DNA of 64,000 nucleotides from Eledone cirrhosa (taxonomy: Eukaryota): contig OZ024763.1 of the NCBI GenBank assembly GCA_964016885.1, positions 19,034,001-19,098,000 of the forward strand, in the 5' to 3' direction. The translations under genes and the position numbers were made by a program. Below the pieces are notes generated by a model. It searched no databases and was not told the DNA's origin. It was given only the letters and a program-made list of their open reading frames with translations. Below, in pieces: positions 14,556-27,514 of the stretch. Position 1 is the first letter of the stretch, and every line of letters starts with the position of its first letter.

Positions 14556-14925
14556 TCGCCTTCAAGATACACCCAAGGCTTGGGCCCCGTGCTATCCGTC
14601 CCATTCAAAAATCTAAATCGCAACTCATAACAACAATACGGCACAATTATTTCACCTCAATCGGCCCTGCTCTCTTCAACATCACACCAGGACACGTCAA
14701 AACAGAAACTGACCACACAAAATTCAAGAAGTCTTTGGACAAATTCCTCCAAGTAATCCCGGACAAACCACCCACACCCGGATATGTCTCCGCAAACAGT
14801 AATTCTCTTCTCGAATGGGCCATGGTGCCCAAATCCTGAATTGAAAGACTTCGCCAGGTGGTGCTATTAAGTTAGACATGGCCTGGGCCAATACTGGCCA
14901 AAACATTTCAAAGTTATTCAAAGTT
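14556..14925 (+). mobile_element. LINE 3' fragment (CR1/L2-group-like ORF2 C-terminus)
   Basis: Reads ...GPALFNITP...[21 protein letters not shown]...NSLLEW to a stop at 14839; inserted in TA/CA microsatellite. Confidence 0.65.
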
Positions 14926-15189
14926 ACATACATACACATATATATATATATACATACACATATATATATATATATACATACATACATACATACACATATA
15001 TATATATATATACATACATACATACACATATATATATATATATATACATACATACACATATATATATATACATACATACACATATATATATATACATACA
15101 TACACATATATATATATACATACATACACATATATATATATACATACATACATACATACACACACACATATATATATACACACACATAC

Positions 15190-15224
<35 letters not shown>

Positions 15225-16300
15225 AACACACACAAACATGATATAAAACCCAAAATTAAACAGTAAGCCTTGTAGAAAAGCTTGTTAGATTGTAGTTTAC
15301 TGGAGGTTAGAAATACCTCAAGTTGTATCATCATCATCATTACCATGTACATACACTACATCATCATCATCACCATCACCATCATCATCAAGTACATACA
15401 CCACGTCGTCATCATCATCATCATACATGTATATTCAGTACATCAGCCCCACCAACACCCCCACCATCTGTAACACTACGACCACTACCACCATCAACAT
15501 CAGCACCACAACCATCACCCCCCCCCCCACACACACACCATCAGCTCCACCCCCAGCCACCACCCTCGAATTTCCAGACGAGCTAAAATGCTTCAGTCAT
15601 CACACACAAGTAAATAAACACAGGCCCACATTGGCAGACATATATACACACACACACACACACATACATACACTCTCATACATACACATACACACCCACA
15701 TACATACATACACTCATACACTCATACACACACATACATACACCGTCATACATACAACAGAGTCAGGGGAAGGTGAATTGTTCTTTAGACACAGACAGAC
15801 ATACCTGTACACCCCGCCCCACACACACACAGCTACACAAACACACAAACACAGCTACACACACACACACGCAAGCAGCTATACACACACAAAAACAGCT
15901 ACACACACAAATACACACAGCTATACTCACACAAACACACACAGCTACACACACACAAACACAGCTACACACACAGCTACACATACAAACAGCTATACAC
16001 ACACAAACACAGCTATACATACAAACACAGCTACACACACACAGCTATACAAACATCTACACACACAAACACAGCTACACATACAAATAAACGCACACAG
16101 AACTATACAAACACAAACACAGCTATACACACACATCTACACACACAAACACAGCTACACACAAACACACAGCTACACACCACACAAACACAGCTACACA
16201 CCACACAAACACAGCTACACACAAACACATAGCTACACACACAAACACATAGCGCTATACACACACACAAACACAGCCACACACACACACAGCTACACAC

Positions 16301-16580
16301 AAAGTCTAAAGTCTGTCTTAAGCCAGAAGGCTCATTTGGCTGGTGCTTATCCCGGTTTCATGGCGTGAAGCGACAGAGTACAAGACTCCCCCCTGGACAA
16401 GACGCCAGTCCATCGCAGGGTTAAACCTCCAGCTATTGCTGGTACTCATTTTCAGCTGAGTAAACTGGAGCAACGTGAAATGAAGTGTCTTGCTCAAGAA
16501 CACAACACGCAACCCAGGAATCAAACCCACGACATTATGATCGTAAGTCCAACACTCTTACCACTAGGCCACGTGCCTCC
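16301..16580 (-). mobile_element. SINE family B
   Basis: Reverse complement of 11643-11921. Confidence 0.8.
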
Positions 16581-16592
16581 ATATATATATAA

Positions 16593-16760
16593 CATCATCA
16601 TCATCATTTTACGTCCGCTTTTCCCTGCTTGCAAGGGTGGGACGGGAACTGATTCTGGCTTGATTTCTACAGCTGGAAACAACACATCATCCGGTCTGAG
16701 AATTGAACTCACAACCTTTCGATTGCAAGCCTACTGCTCTAACCACTAAGCTATGTGCCT
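16593..16760 (-). mobile_element. SINE family A with internal deletion
   Basis: Head and extreme tail of family A joined at ...cagctg/gaaacaacac. Confidence 0.7.
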
Positions 16761-16921
16761 TCACACACAAACACAGCTACACACACATAATATACACATG
16801 CCAAACACAGACAGCTACTCACATACAGACCACACACGTCACAGAGCTACACACACACACACACAGCACACATATATACCACACTCTACACACACAGCCA
16901 CACAACCATTATACACCCAGT

Positions 16922-17263
16922 CACTACACAGTAACTAGTTCTCTACTACACTATATAGTACTACACAGTAACTAGTTGTCTACTACACTACACTATATAG
17001 TACTACACAGTAACTAGTTCTCTACTACACTACACTATATAGTACTACACTGTAACTAGGTCTCTACTACACTACACTATTTAGTACTACACAGTAACTA
17101 GTTCTCTACTACACTACACTATATAGTACTACACAGTAACTAGTTCTCTACTACACTACACTATATAGTACTACACAGTAACTAGTTCTCTACTACACTA
17201 CACTATATAGTACTACACAGTAACTAGTTCTCTACTACACTACACTATATAGTACTACACAGT
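16922..17263. repeat. 42-bp minisatellite, about 8 copies
   Basis: Unit ctacacagtaactagttctctactacactacactatatagta. Confidence 0.9.
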
Positions 17264-17574
17264 ATGTATGTGTAAGCCGTGTATATAACATGTTATTCCA
17301 CAGTCATGCTAAGTTGAGACAAAACAACTCATCTGTCTGTGTGTCTACCTGTCTCTCCATCTACATAACTATCTACCTGTCTACCTGTCTCTCCATCTAC
17401 ATAACTATCTACCTGTCTACCTGTCTCTCCATCTACATAACTATCTACCTGTCTCTCCATCTACATAACTGTCTGTCTGTCTGACTATCTATTTGTCTGT
17501 CTGTCTGTCTATCTACCTGCATATCTATTTACCTGTCCACCTATCTATCTGTCTAACTCATTCCCTTCTTTAAG

Positions 17575-17925
17575 TATCACTTTAGAAGGAGAATCAGAGT
17601 GGAGAGAGAGAGAGGCACTGCACCCCATTAAATTTACTGAAAGGTGGGTGAATGAAGCGAAAATGGCCCGAGTGATTGGGCCTCCTCTGTTTATAAACCT
17701 GTAGGTTAAAGAAGAGAGCAAAAGGAAGAAAAGAGCACTTGCATAACACACTCCTGAAGTTGAGGGTTGTTCTATCTACGGGGTATTAAACACCTCCCCC
17801 CTATTGGGGATTTCGATTGTTTAATTTGTTTCATATTTTTACACAACTGTATGTAAAATCCCCGGCATGTCTTTGTTTTGTCCCCTTTTCTTGTGCGCCC
17901 TTGTGGCAAATAAAGAAATATATCT
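17575..17925 (+). mobile_element. Interspersed repeat family X (LINE 3'-UTR-like, ends AATAAA plus (tatc)n)
   Basis: Homologous copies at 18030-18180, 19612-19895 and 42744-42830 + 44248-44540. Confidence 0.6.
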
Positions 17926-18334
17926 ATCTGTCTATCTAACATTCTACCCATCCACCTGCTATCTACCTGCTTGTCAATCTATCTACCTGTCTGTCTGTCT
18001 ATCTACCTGCCAATCTATTTACGGGAGGGGGGGGGGGAGACCCTATTGAGGACTTTGATTGTTGAATTTTATTTGTTTTATTTTTTATACGTCCTTTAAA
18101 TGTATGTATACTCCCCCCCCCCCTGTATTTGTCCCAATCTTTTATGCCCTGGTGGCAAATAAATAGAAAGTTATCTATCTATCTACATGCCACGGACTAT
18201 ATATTTATATATATATATATAGAGAGAGAGATTTTGAGTATATGTTGGTTGTATACCAACACCTCAGTATGCAGGCTGGAGCACTCGACGAAGTGCGCAG
18301 GTTGGTTTGGTTACTCCGGAGTAATGTAAAATAA

Positions 18335-18631
18335 TGTAAAATAAAGTAAAATAAATAAGTCAAATGTTTAAAATTTAGCTTCGTTTATTACTGCTATATA
18401 TATTTCGGTGACAGCCATCTTTGGCTGTGACCTCTTCAGGCAGTCCGAATTAGTGTAGTATAGACAAGTACATATGTTGTTGAGGTGTACTTGTCTATAC
18501 CACACTAATTCGGACTGCCTGAAGAGGTCACAGCCAAAGATGGAGGTCACAGCCAAAGATGGCTGTCACCGAAATATATATAACAGTAATAAACGAAGCT
18601 AAATTTTAAACATTTGACTTATTTATTTTAT
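18335..18631. mobile_element. Inverted-repeat pLTR-like element carrying two oppositely oriented hammerheads
   Basis: Arms of about 125 bp (18347-18471 and 18487-18631) around a short loop; followed by (TA)n. Confidence 0.75.
18390..18444 (-). ncRNA. Minimal type-I hammerhead ribozyme motif
   Basis: Minus strand reads ACUGC CUGAAGA GGUCACAGCC aaagau GGCUGUCACC GAAA UAUAUA UA GCAGU: stem I, full core, stem II and palindromic stem III. Confidence 0.8.
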
Positions 18632-18644
18632 ATATATATATATA

Positions 18645-19525
18645 CAGCTTCTGCTACCTAGGTGACCGAATTAGCAACGGAGGTGGGTGCTCAGAAAGTA
18701 CAATAACTAGGGTAAGAACGGGATGGAAGAAGTTTAGGGAACTACTACCACTGCTAGCTGCAAAAGGCTTCTCCCTCAGAATGAAAGGCAGACTGTATGA
18801 TGCGTGTATCCGAACAGCGATGTTGCATGGTAGTGAGACCTGGGCGCTGAAGGTGGAAGACTTACGTAGATTAGAGAGAAACGAAGCCTGCATGCTCCGA
18901 TGGATGTGTAACAGTAATATACGTGAACGACAAAGCATAAATGAATTGAGAGAGAGACTGAGCATAAGAGGAATCAAATGCTGCGTGCAGGAGAGGCGGT
19001 TACGCTGGTATGGACATGTGATGCGTATGAAGGATGACAGCTGCATAAAAAGGTGCAGAGCACTAGAAGTTGATGGAAACCGCGGAGTGGGGAGACCCAA
19101 GATGACTTGGGATGAGGTGATAAAAGCCGACCTTACCCAACTACACCTCTCAAAGTCAATGACACACGACCGTGACTTCTGGCGTCACGCAGTAATACAG
19201 GGTACCCGACCTCCCATGGGTACATGCTGAAGCATATAAACAATATGCCCCCCCCCCCCCCACCGCAAGGTGGTCGTGGAGGTGCCACGGCAAAAAAGCA
19301 CCCAGCCCACACTGTAAAGTGGACGTGTAGGCGCCACGAAAAAGCACCCAGCACTCACTGTAAATGAGGTTGGTGTTAGGAAGGGCATCCAGCTGTAGAA
19401 ATCAAGCCAGATCAGTTCCTGTATGAGCAAGGCATGGTCAGCCGACCAGACACTGCCCACAACAGGACAACCCGTCTAACCCATGCTAGCGTGGAAGAAC
19501 GGACGTAAAACGGTGATGATGATGA

Positions 19526-19528
<3 letters not shown>
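18645..19528 (+). mobile_element. RTE-clade LINE, 3' fragment (family RTE-1)
   Basis: Open frame 18646-19230 reads SFCYLGD...GWKKFREL...LHGSETW...RLRWYGHVMR...GRPKMTW; 3' UTR with (gat)n tail; TA tracts on both sides. Confidence 0.9.
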
Positions 19529-19594
<66 letters not shown>

Positions 19595-20085
19595 TCACTC
19601 TCTATAGCTATCTATTCTCTGTATATAAACCTGTAGGTTGAGGAAGATAAACAGAGGGAGGACAGGAACACCTACAAAACGTGTTCCTGGTGTTGAGGGC
19701 TGTTCTATCCACGGGGTGTAAAACAACCCCGCAGTAACGTTCCCCTCTACTGGGGACTTCAATTGTTATTTTATTATATATAGTTTATTGTTATTTAATA
19801 ATGTTAAAGTTATTTTTATGTAAAACCCCCGCCGTCACGTCTTGTAATGTCCCCTTTTTGTACGCCCCTGTGGCAAATAAAGAAAGATATCTATCTGTCT
19901 ATCTAGCTATGTACCTGCCTATATATGAGTATATATCTAAATATCTGTCTGTCTAGCTATTAAAAAGTACATGTGCACACATACATACACACCTACACAC
20001 AAACACTAGACCACATACCAACACTAACAGACAGTGTGTATTTTTATAAGTATGTATAACGATCTCTCTCTCTCTCTCTCTGTAT

Positions 20086-20133
<48 letters not shown>

Positions 20134-20137
<4 letters not shown>

Positions 20138-21404
20138 CTCAAAGAACTCTGTCATCCCATCAGGTATAATGACTTGGGCTTTGGTGTTGGTGTAGAGCAG
20201 TGATATCAGGTCCACTATCTTCTTGGGGATTCCATAAGCCTGTAAGATCTTCATCAGGCAGTAACGGTCCACAGAATCAAAGGCCTTCCTAAAGTCAATG
20301 AAAACCATGACCGCAGGAAGGCACTTTGCTCTAGCTCCCTCTAATATCCTCCTCAGCATCAGGATGTGACTGGTGGTTGGTCTTCCCTCTCTGAAGCCGT
20401 TCTGGTTGTCCCTGAGCTTCTTCTCCATCTCAGGCTGGATCCTGTTAAGAATCATCCTGTTGAGGGTCTTTGCCACAAGTGACGTCAGTGAGATCCCCCT
20501 GTAGTTGTTGGTGTTAGAGAGATCTCCCTTCTTTGGCACTGGGACGATGTTACTGATCCTCCACTGATTCGGGCAACTCCTTTCTCCAGTGCCCGGTTAC
20601 AGAACCCCAGGATGATATCAAAATCACACCTCTTCATCACCTCTGATGCCACTCCATCTTCTCCATGAGCCTTGTCCTCCTTGATCCTCTTCTTGGCTCT
20701 CTGAAGCTCCTCTCTGGTGAAGGGTTCTGTCTCAACATCCAGTTCCTCAAACAGCCGCCTGATCTCCCGTGCTCTGGGCTGTGGAGGGTGGCTCTCCTAG
20801 TAGGGTCCTAAAATGGTCTAGCCATTTCCTCCTCCTATCCTCGGGCCCCGTTCCCTGGATCTGACTTGAACACCTTCTCTTCCTCCCTGTGATCTCGTTG
20901 ATGATCATCCAGCTCTCCTTACATCCAGATCTGTCAACCGCTCTCTCCACACTTCTGATCTTCTCTATCAGTGCCTCCTCTCTGACCTCAGTGTAAGCGG
21001 TACAGAGCTCTTCCCTCATCACCCCCACAGTCTCCATCCACTCCTCCGTAGGATCAGCATAGAATTGGTCCCTGGCAGCTTTCAGGTGTTCTCTGGCTGC
21101 ACACACTTTTGGGTTTGCAGAGCTGACGTGCTTCCTTTTGTTCTTTTTCCTCGGCACCAAGGTTTCACTTGCTTCCGCCACTGCATTGGCGAAGTGCCCG
21201 TACCGCCTCGTCACACTCTCCTCAGTCCATCCAATCTCTCTCTCCTCTGACTTTCCACACAGAGCACAACCTGTTTCTCACTTCCACTGTGAACCTCTCC
21301 TGTAGCTTATCATCTTCCTTGAAAGCTCCCCAGTCATAGATTGCTCTCCGGGGTCGAGCCTTGCGCTTTCTTAAGCTCACCCGGACCTCACTCATAACAA
21401 GCCG
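20134..21404 (-). mobile_element. Inverted 5' segment of an RTE-like LINE (end of APE domain to RT N-half), frameshifted
   Basis: HRLVMSEVR...; PKKGDLSNTNNYRGISL, QNGFREGR and FIDFRKAFDSV RT motifs. Confidence 0.85.
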
Positions 21405-21895
21405 GTGTGGAAGTCGGACCTTCGTAAAGACCTGAAAATCCGCCTCTTCATTGCTGTAGTGGAGTCTGTGCTGCTGTATGCGTCTGAGAATTGGACACTG
21501 ACCAAGAAACTCACTCAGATGGTGGATGGGTGCTACACGAGAATGCTGAGGATGGCTCTGAACATTAATCAGTATACACTGAGGATAAAAAAACTCAGAG
21601 CTGTATGGGAGCATCCCAAAAGTCAGCTCAAAAGTGACACAGAGGAGACTGAGGTTAGCTGGACATGCTCACCGACATCCAGAGTTGACATTGCACTCAG
21701 TGCCCCTTTGGGAGCCCCTACATGGACACACTAGAAGAGGAAGACCAAGGTTAACGTATGTTGATGCCCTAAGGACAGACACTGGTCTGTTGGAGACGCA
21801 GGACATGGCAGCGATAATGAGGGACAGAGACCGCTGGAGAGAACTCGTCCATGGATCTCGGGAATTTTACCCGCCTTAGAATAGAATAGAGAATA
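21405..21895 (+). mobile_element. 3' segment of the same RTE-like LINE
   Basis: WKS...VESVLLYASENWTLTK...RRLRLAGH...RRGRP to a stop at 21879, then a short (atag) tail. Confidence 0.85.
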
Positions 21896-22340
21896 TATAT
21901 ATATATATAAAACATGAGAAGAAAGAATACTGCGTGGTTGCACATGGGTTACATATGATAAAAATGGTCCTTCGTCAGTGATTTTCCAACCTTCATTGGT
22001 ATTTCATCGCTTTAGAAATCATATACCTCCAGTTGGTGCGAGCAATAGCTAAATAAAGCTATTGGGACAAGTAAATCGCGTAAAGCGGGCGAGACAAGTA
22101 AACAAACATGGAAGGATTGATAGCAACGCAAAGATAGGAAAAAACAAGCAACATGGTTATCGGGTCAGCTTTAGCTGGGTGGATTTCATGAGCGAGCGAG
22201 ATACAGACCATCCGACATGAGTGAGATGTGAGCAAGAAGAGAACCCACACAGGCCAAACGGGAGGAAGTGAGAAGGGGAGAAACAGAGAGTGAGTGAGTG
22301 GAAGTGGCCAGTCGAGAGAAAGTGTAACTGACAGAGGGGG

Positions 22341-22540
22341 TAAGTAGCACTCAACAGTTGGTAGAACTGGAGTATATATAAAGACGAAATTAAAAGATGG
22401 TTATAGAAGTTCCATATATTTTATTTATGCACATTTCGAAAACAACATCATCCTGGGACAAAAATTGTGTTCTCAGCAGATAAAATAAGGTAACATGATA
22501 TGAGGCCTAAAAACACTTGTCAACACGGAAGTGCAAAACC
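22341..22540 (-). mobile_element. Solo pLTR fragment of the 38-41 kb Penelope family with a mutated hammerhead (CUGCUGA)
   Basis: Its reverse complement aligns to 41045-41180 and continues into sequence matching 38145-38215, 54743-54860 and 56203-56320. Confidence 0.7.
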
Positions 22541-22569
22541 TACATGAGAAAATATAATAGTAAGAAAAA

Positions 22570-22603
<34 letters not shown>

Positions 22604-22608
<5 letters not shown>

Positions 22609-23484
22609 TGTTCGCAATTTTCAACTGCTAATTTTAAGCAAATTTTTTTTTACTTCCGTTGTCACTCTTGTCTTCGTAAAAACAGTGACTATATTTCCAT
22701 TATTTATTTTCAGAATAATTGATTATGAATAATTTTGAACCTCCAAATTTGAGGGAGAGACACGGAGTTCTTCTTGGAATCCACACCGAGAGGACAAATA
22801 AGGCCAGAAGATCAACTCCCAGAACAACAGGTGGCTCGCTGTCTCATCCAAAGACATGCCCAGAGTCATGCAGACAAAGTTTCCAGCGGCAACATTGGTC
22901 TTAGGTGTCGTCAGCAGTCAAGGTGACGTCATGCCACCTCACTTCTTCCCTGAGGGCCTCAAGCTAAACACCGATGGCTACATCCGCGTTCTGAGCGAGG
23001 TAGTAAAGCCCTGGATCGACCAGGTAGCTGCAGGTAGGCCGTACTTGTGGCAACAAGACTCAGCGCCCTGCCATACCAGCCGAAAGACCCAAGCCTGGCT
23101 GTCAGAGAACTTGGTCGACCACACTTCATCTGACATCTGGCCTCCCAGCTCGCCTGACTGCAACCCCCTCGACTTCCTTGTGTGGGGCGCAGTGGAACGA
23201 GATACCAACAGATCTAGGTGCAATACGAAAGACGATCTGAAGGCCAGGATCACAAGTGCCTTTAGGGGCCTAAGTCGGGGGACAGTGACAAAGGCCTGTA
23301 GCCGGTTCCGAGGCCACCTTGAGGCCGTCATCAAAGCCAATTGTGGGTTTATCAAGTGAGATCGAAAGAACAAGTCATGAAGACAAACTGACCCAAGTTT
23401 GATAAATAAATCTTAAAAAATAAAAACTACTGTGTTATTTTTTCCTAGACAGTAATCTTCCGAACAAATATCGTCCGCACCCTG
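22604..23484 (+). mobile_element. Internally deleted Tc1/mariner element, DD37D (maT) type
   Basis: ORF 22856-23359 has QQDSAPCH...WPPSSPDCNPLD with 37 residues between the 2nd and 3rd Asp; degenerate TIRs (ta)tagggttg / caccctg(ta) within TA runs. Confidence 0.85.
22856..23359 (+). pseudogene. Transposase catalytic-domain fragment (DD37D)
   Basis: Motifs as above; the HTH and first Asp region are missing. Confidence 0.8.
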
Positions 23485-23809
23485 TATATATATATATATA
23501 TATATATATTGTTATACTTGGGGAGGGTCATATTGTAATAATATTGCCAGAATTAATAACAGAACACACTCACTGTTTGGTTGGTTTTCGCTTCTGTATC
23601 ATTTATCAGTTAATTCATTCGGTCCTCAATGTTTACCATTGACTGACCAACGGTAAAAAATACTGATATAATATAGATATAAATACATATATATAGTCTA
23701 ACAAAGTTCTTTCATTGCACATCTGCAACATCATCAGTGATTCTATTATGTTCCTCCTGTTGTATTGTATATCTACGCTATCTTTATATATATATATGTG
23801 TATATATAA

Positions 23810-24012
23810 CAAAGAAAGTGTGGTAAGAAACCAGGTGGTCCATAACGCACCAGAGTACTTGATACTTAGGGTAGGATAGTAGAGTGGGTAATAGGAAAAG
23901 AGTCAGGACCCCAGCAGCTGAGTGCTGGACGTTTCGATAGCTAGATCCGTTCAGATCTAGCTGTCGAAACAGCCGGAGCTCAGCCGTCGGGGTCCTGACT
24001 CTTTTCCTATAT
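23810..24012 (-). mobile_element. Fold-back hammerhead-half element, second copy
   Basis: Hairpin 23891-24010 with centre tttcgatagctagatc..gatctagctgtcgaaa; tail homologous to 12885-12960. Confidence 0.7.
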
Positions 24013-24091
24013 ATAAACGGAAAAAATGAAACGAAATTTCATTTCCCACTCTTAGTACGGCTGTTACTTAAATATAAGTATGTACACGTAC

Positions 24092-24442
24092 ATGGAGGCA
24101 CATGGCTTAGTGGTTAGAGCATTGGCCTTGCAATCGAAAGGTTTTGAGTTCAATTCTCAGACCGGGTGATGTGTTGTTTCCTTGAGCAAGACACTTTATT
24201 TCACATTGCTCCAGTTTACTCAGCTGTAGAAATGAGATGATAGGGACTGGGGTCCCTATCATTCCACTGCAAAGTGGTCGTGGAGGTGTAACGGCAAAAA
24301 AGCACCCAGCACTCACTGTAAATGAGGTTGGTGTTAGGAAGGGCATCCAGCTGTAGAAATAAATCCAGAATCAGTTCCCGTCCCACCCTTGCAAGCAGGG
24401 AAAAAGTAGACGTAAAATGAAATGATGATGATGATGATGATG
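24092..24442 (+). mobile_element. SINE family A, full length
   Basis: Near-identical to 13558-13905. Confidence 0.85.
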
Positions 24443-24600
24443 ACGTACATACATATATGTATACAGACGTACAGTAGTATGTATATATATATATACATAC
24501 ATACATGCACACATATATATGTACATATGGATTCACCGAACATTTATTATAATGCTCGGTGTGTTTGTATATACGTTCAACAATCTGGCAGGAAGGTATA

Positions 24601-24641
24601 CGTTGCTGACGATAGCTAATAAGCTTGAAACTAGTACAGCG
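24601..24641 (+). ncRNA. Minimal type-I hammerhead ribozyme motif
   Basis: CGUUG CUGACGA uAGCU aaua AGCUu GAAA CUAG UA CAGCG; lies between inverted arms 24515-24569 and 24714-24768. Confidence 0.7.
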
Positions 24642-24789
24642 TTCCTTTGTCAGTGTTGAACAAACGAGCAACGATGGTTGCTGGACACTACGGCTTGATA
24701 CGGGATGTTTGTTTACAAACACACCGAGCATTATAATAAATGTTCGGTGAATCCATACGTACATATATATATGTGTGCATGTATGTATA

Positions 24790-25575
24790 CATGCAGGGCA
24801 ATAAAGATAGACGGTAGCCACGGAGTAGGCAGACCCAGAAAAACATGGGACGAGCTGATAAATTCCGACCTCACACGCTTACACCTCTCCAAGACAATGT
24901 CACTGGACCGAGACCTTTGGCGGTACTCAGTAATAGAGAAGACCCGCCTTACCTAAATACAAAGTAAAAACCTACTACAGTCAGTAGGCATCTCTATCAA
25001 AACACCCCCCCCCCCCGTCCCACCACCTCCACCCCATCCACACCGCCCCTTTCAATGTAAAGTTATGTTGGTCCCACAACATCCAGGCCGAAACAAATGA
25101 GATCGTGTAGGTGTCACGACAAAAAAACACACAGTCCACGCTGTAAATGTGGCCGTGTAGGCAACACGGTAAAAACCTCCCAGCCCCACACTGTAAATGT
25201 GGTTGGTGTTAGGAAGGGCATCCAGCTGTAGAAAACCTGCCAGACAGTCCACGCTGTAATGTGGCCGTGTAGGCAACACGGTAAAAACCTCCCAGCCCCA
25301 CACTGTAAATGTGGTTGGTGTTAGGAAGGGCATCCAACTGTAGAAAACCCGCCAGACAGTCCACGCTGTAATGTGGCCGTGTAGGCAACACGGTAAAAAC
25401 CTCCCAGCCCCACACTGTAAATGTGGTTGGTGTTAGGAAGGGCATCCAACTGTAGAAAACCCGCCAGACAGTCCTATGCGAGCAAGACAACCACTCTTGC
25501 CTCAAGTGGGAAAACCCCCATCCAAACCCATGCAAGCGTGGAACACGGACGCTAAACCTGATGATGATGATGATA
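24790..25575 (+). mobile_element. RTE LINE 3' end (related subfamily) with about 3 tandem 120-bp units in the 3' UTR
   Basis: CRAIKIDGSHGVGRPRKTWDEL; repeated cagtccacgctgta...gaaaacc; (gat)n tail. Confidence 0.8.
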
Positions 25576-25667
25576 TACATACTACTGTACGTCTGTATAC
25601 ATATATGTATGTACGTGTACATACATATATGTGTACGTCTGTATACATATATGTACGTGTACATACT

Positions 25668-25699
<32 letters not shown>

Positions 25700-26287
25700 C
25701 GTGTACATACTTATATATATATATATATATATATATAGTTCAAAATGACAAACAAACAAACCAAGGCAGGAATCAATGGTAGATAGTGTTATTAGCTTCA
25801 GGGCGGGGGTTTCTCAATAAAGCAATGGTGGTATGGCAGTGTGCCTGTTGTGTTTATATCAGAACATCAGTTGTGTCTTCTACAGAAATGGAGAGAGAGA
25901 AGAATTCCTTATTGTTAGACAGAGAGAGAGAGAATGAGAGAGGGGGGTAGAGAGTGTGTGTGTCGGAAGTATGGACATAGTGGCATTGTGTGAGAGGGTG
26001 GAGAGGGGCAGAGTGGAGAGGGGCGGAGGGGGTGGGGAGGAGGGGAGAGAGGGACGGATTAGTGTGGCTAAGAGAGAGGGGGAGAGAGGAAGATGGAGAG
26101 AGAGTGGAGCACAGTAGCTTGGCTATGCGGGAGGGAGGGGAGGTGGAGGTTAGCATAGCCATGCTATGAGACAGAGAGAGAGAGATGGCTCAACAGATGG
26201 TGGTGGTGGTGGTGATGATGATGATGGCAGTGATGATTTTATCAATTTTACACCCTTTGCTTATTTGTTTTTTTTGTTATCTCCTGA

Positions 26288-27420
26288 CCATCACAAGCCA
26301 CCACACCACCACCACCACCACCACCACAACCATCACCACCATCACAAGCCACCACACCACCATCACAAGCCACCACACCACCATCACAAGCCACTACACA
26401 ACTGCCAACACCACATCACCACAAGCCAAGCACCCCCACAAACACCACCACCACCACACCACCACCACCATCACAAGCCACTACACAACTGCCAACACCA
26501 CATCACCACAAGCCAAGCACCCCCACAAACACCACCACCACCACCACCACCACCACCACAACCACCATCACAAGCCACTACACAACTGCCAACACCACAT
26601 CACCACAAGCCAAGCACCCCCACAAACACCACCACCACCACCACCACCATCACAAGCCACTACACAACTGCCAACACCACATCACCACAAGCCAAGCACC
26701 CCCACAAACACCACCACCACCACCACCACAACCACCATCACAAGCCACTACACAACTGCCAACACCACATCACCACAAGCCAAGCACCCCCACAAACACC
26801 ACCACCACCACACCACCACCACCACCACCACAACCACCATCACAAGCCACTACACAACTGCCAACACCACATCACCACAAGCCAAGCACCCCCACAAACA
26901 CCACCACCACCACACCACCACCACCACCACCACCATCACAAGCCACTACACAACTGCCAACACCACATCACCACAAGCCAAGCACCCCCACAAACACCAC
27001 CACCACCACCACCACCACCACCACAACCACCACAACCACCATCACAAGCCACTACACAACTGCCAACACCACATCACCACAAGCCAAGCACCCCCACAAA
27101 CACCACCACCACCACCACCACCACCATCACAAGCCACTACACAACTGCCAACACCACATCACCACAAGCCAAGCACCCCCACAAACACCACCACCACCAT
27201 CACAAGCCACTACACAACTGCCAACACCACATCACAAGCCAAGCACCCCCACAAACACCACCACCACCACACCACCACCACCACCACCACCACCACAACC
27301 ACCATCACAAGCCACTACACAACTGCCAACACCACATCACCACAAGCCAAGCACCCCCACAAACACCACCACCACCACCACCACAACCACCACCACCACA
27401 ACCACCATCATCACTACCGC
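26288..27420. repeat. Minisatellite: about 60-bp core plus variable (CAC)n
   Basis: catcacaagccactacacaactgccaacaccacatcaccacaagccaagcacccccacaaa is repeated. Confidence 0.9.
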
Positions 27421-27514
27421 AAGCCAGCCCCACCCCACCCTCCTACCAACATCATCATCACCGTCATCACTACAAACCACCCTCCATTAAATCTGTTCAC
27501 CCAACTTAATATCT

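Noticed and set aside
23699-23745. Minus-strand CUGAUGA-uGUUGCA gaug UGCAAU-GAAA hammerhead candidate
   Set aside because: Core and stem II are present, but stems I and III could not be closed convincingly; possibly a decayed copy
24092-24165. tRNA gene (also 11643, 13558, 55103)
   Set aside because: tRNA-like heads continue into the SINE core and tail, with no closed acceptor stem
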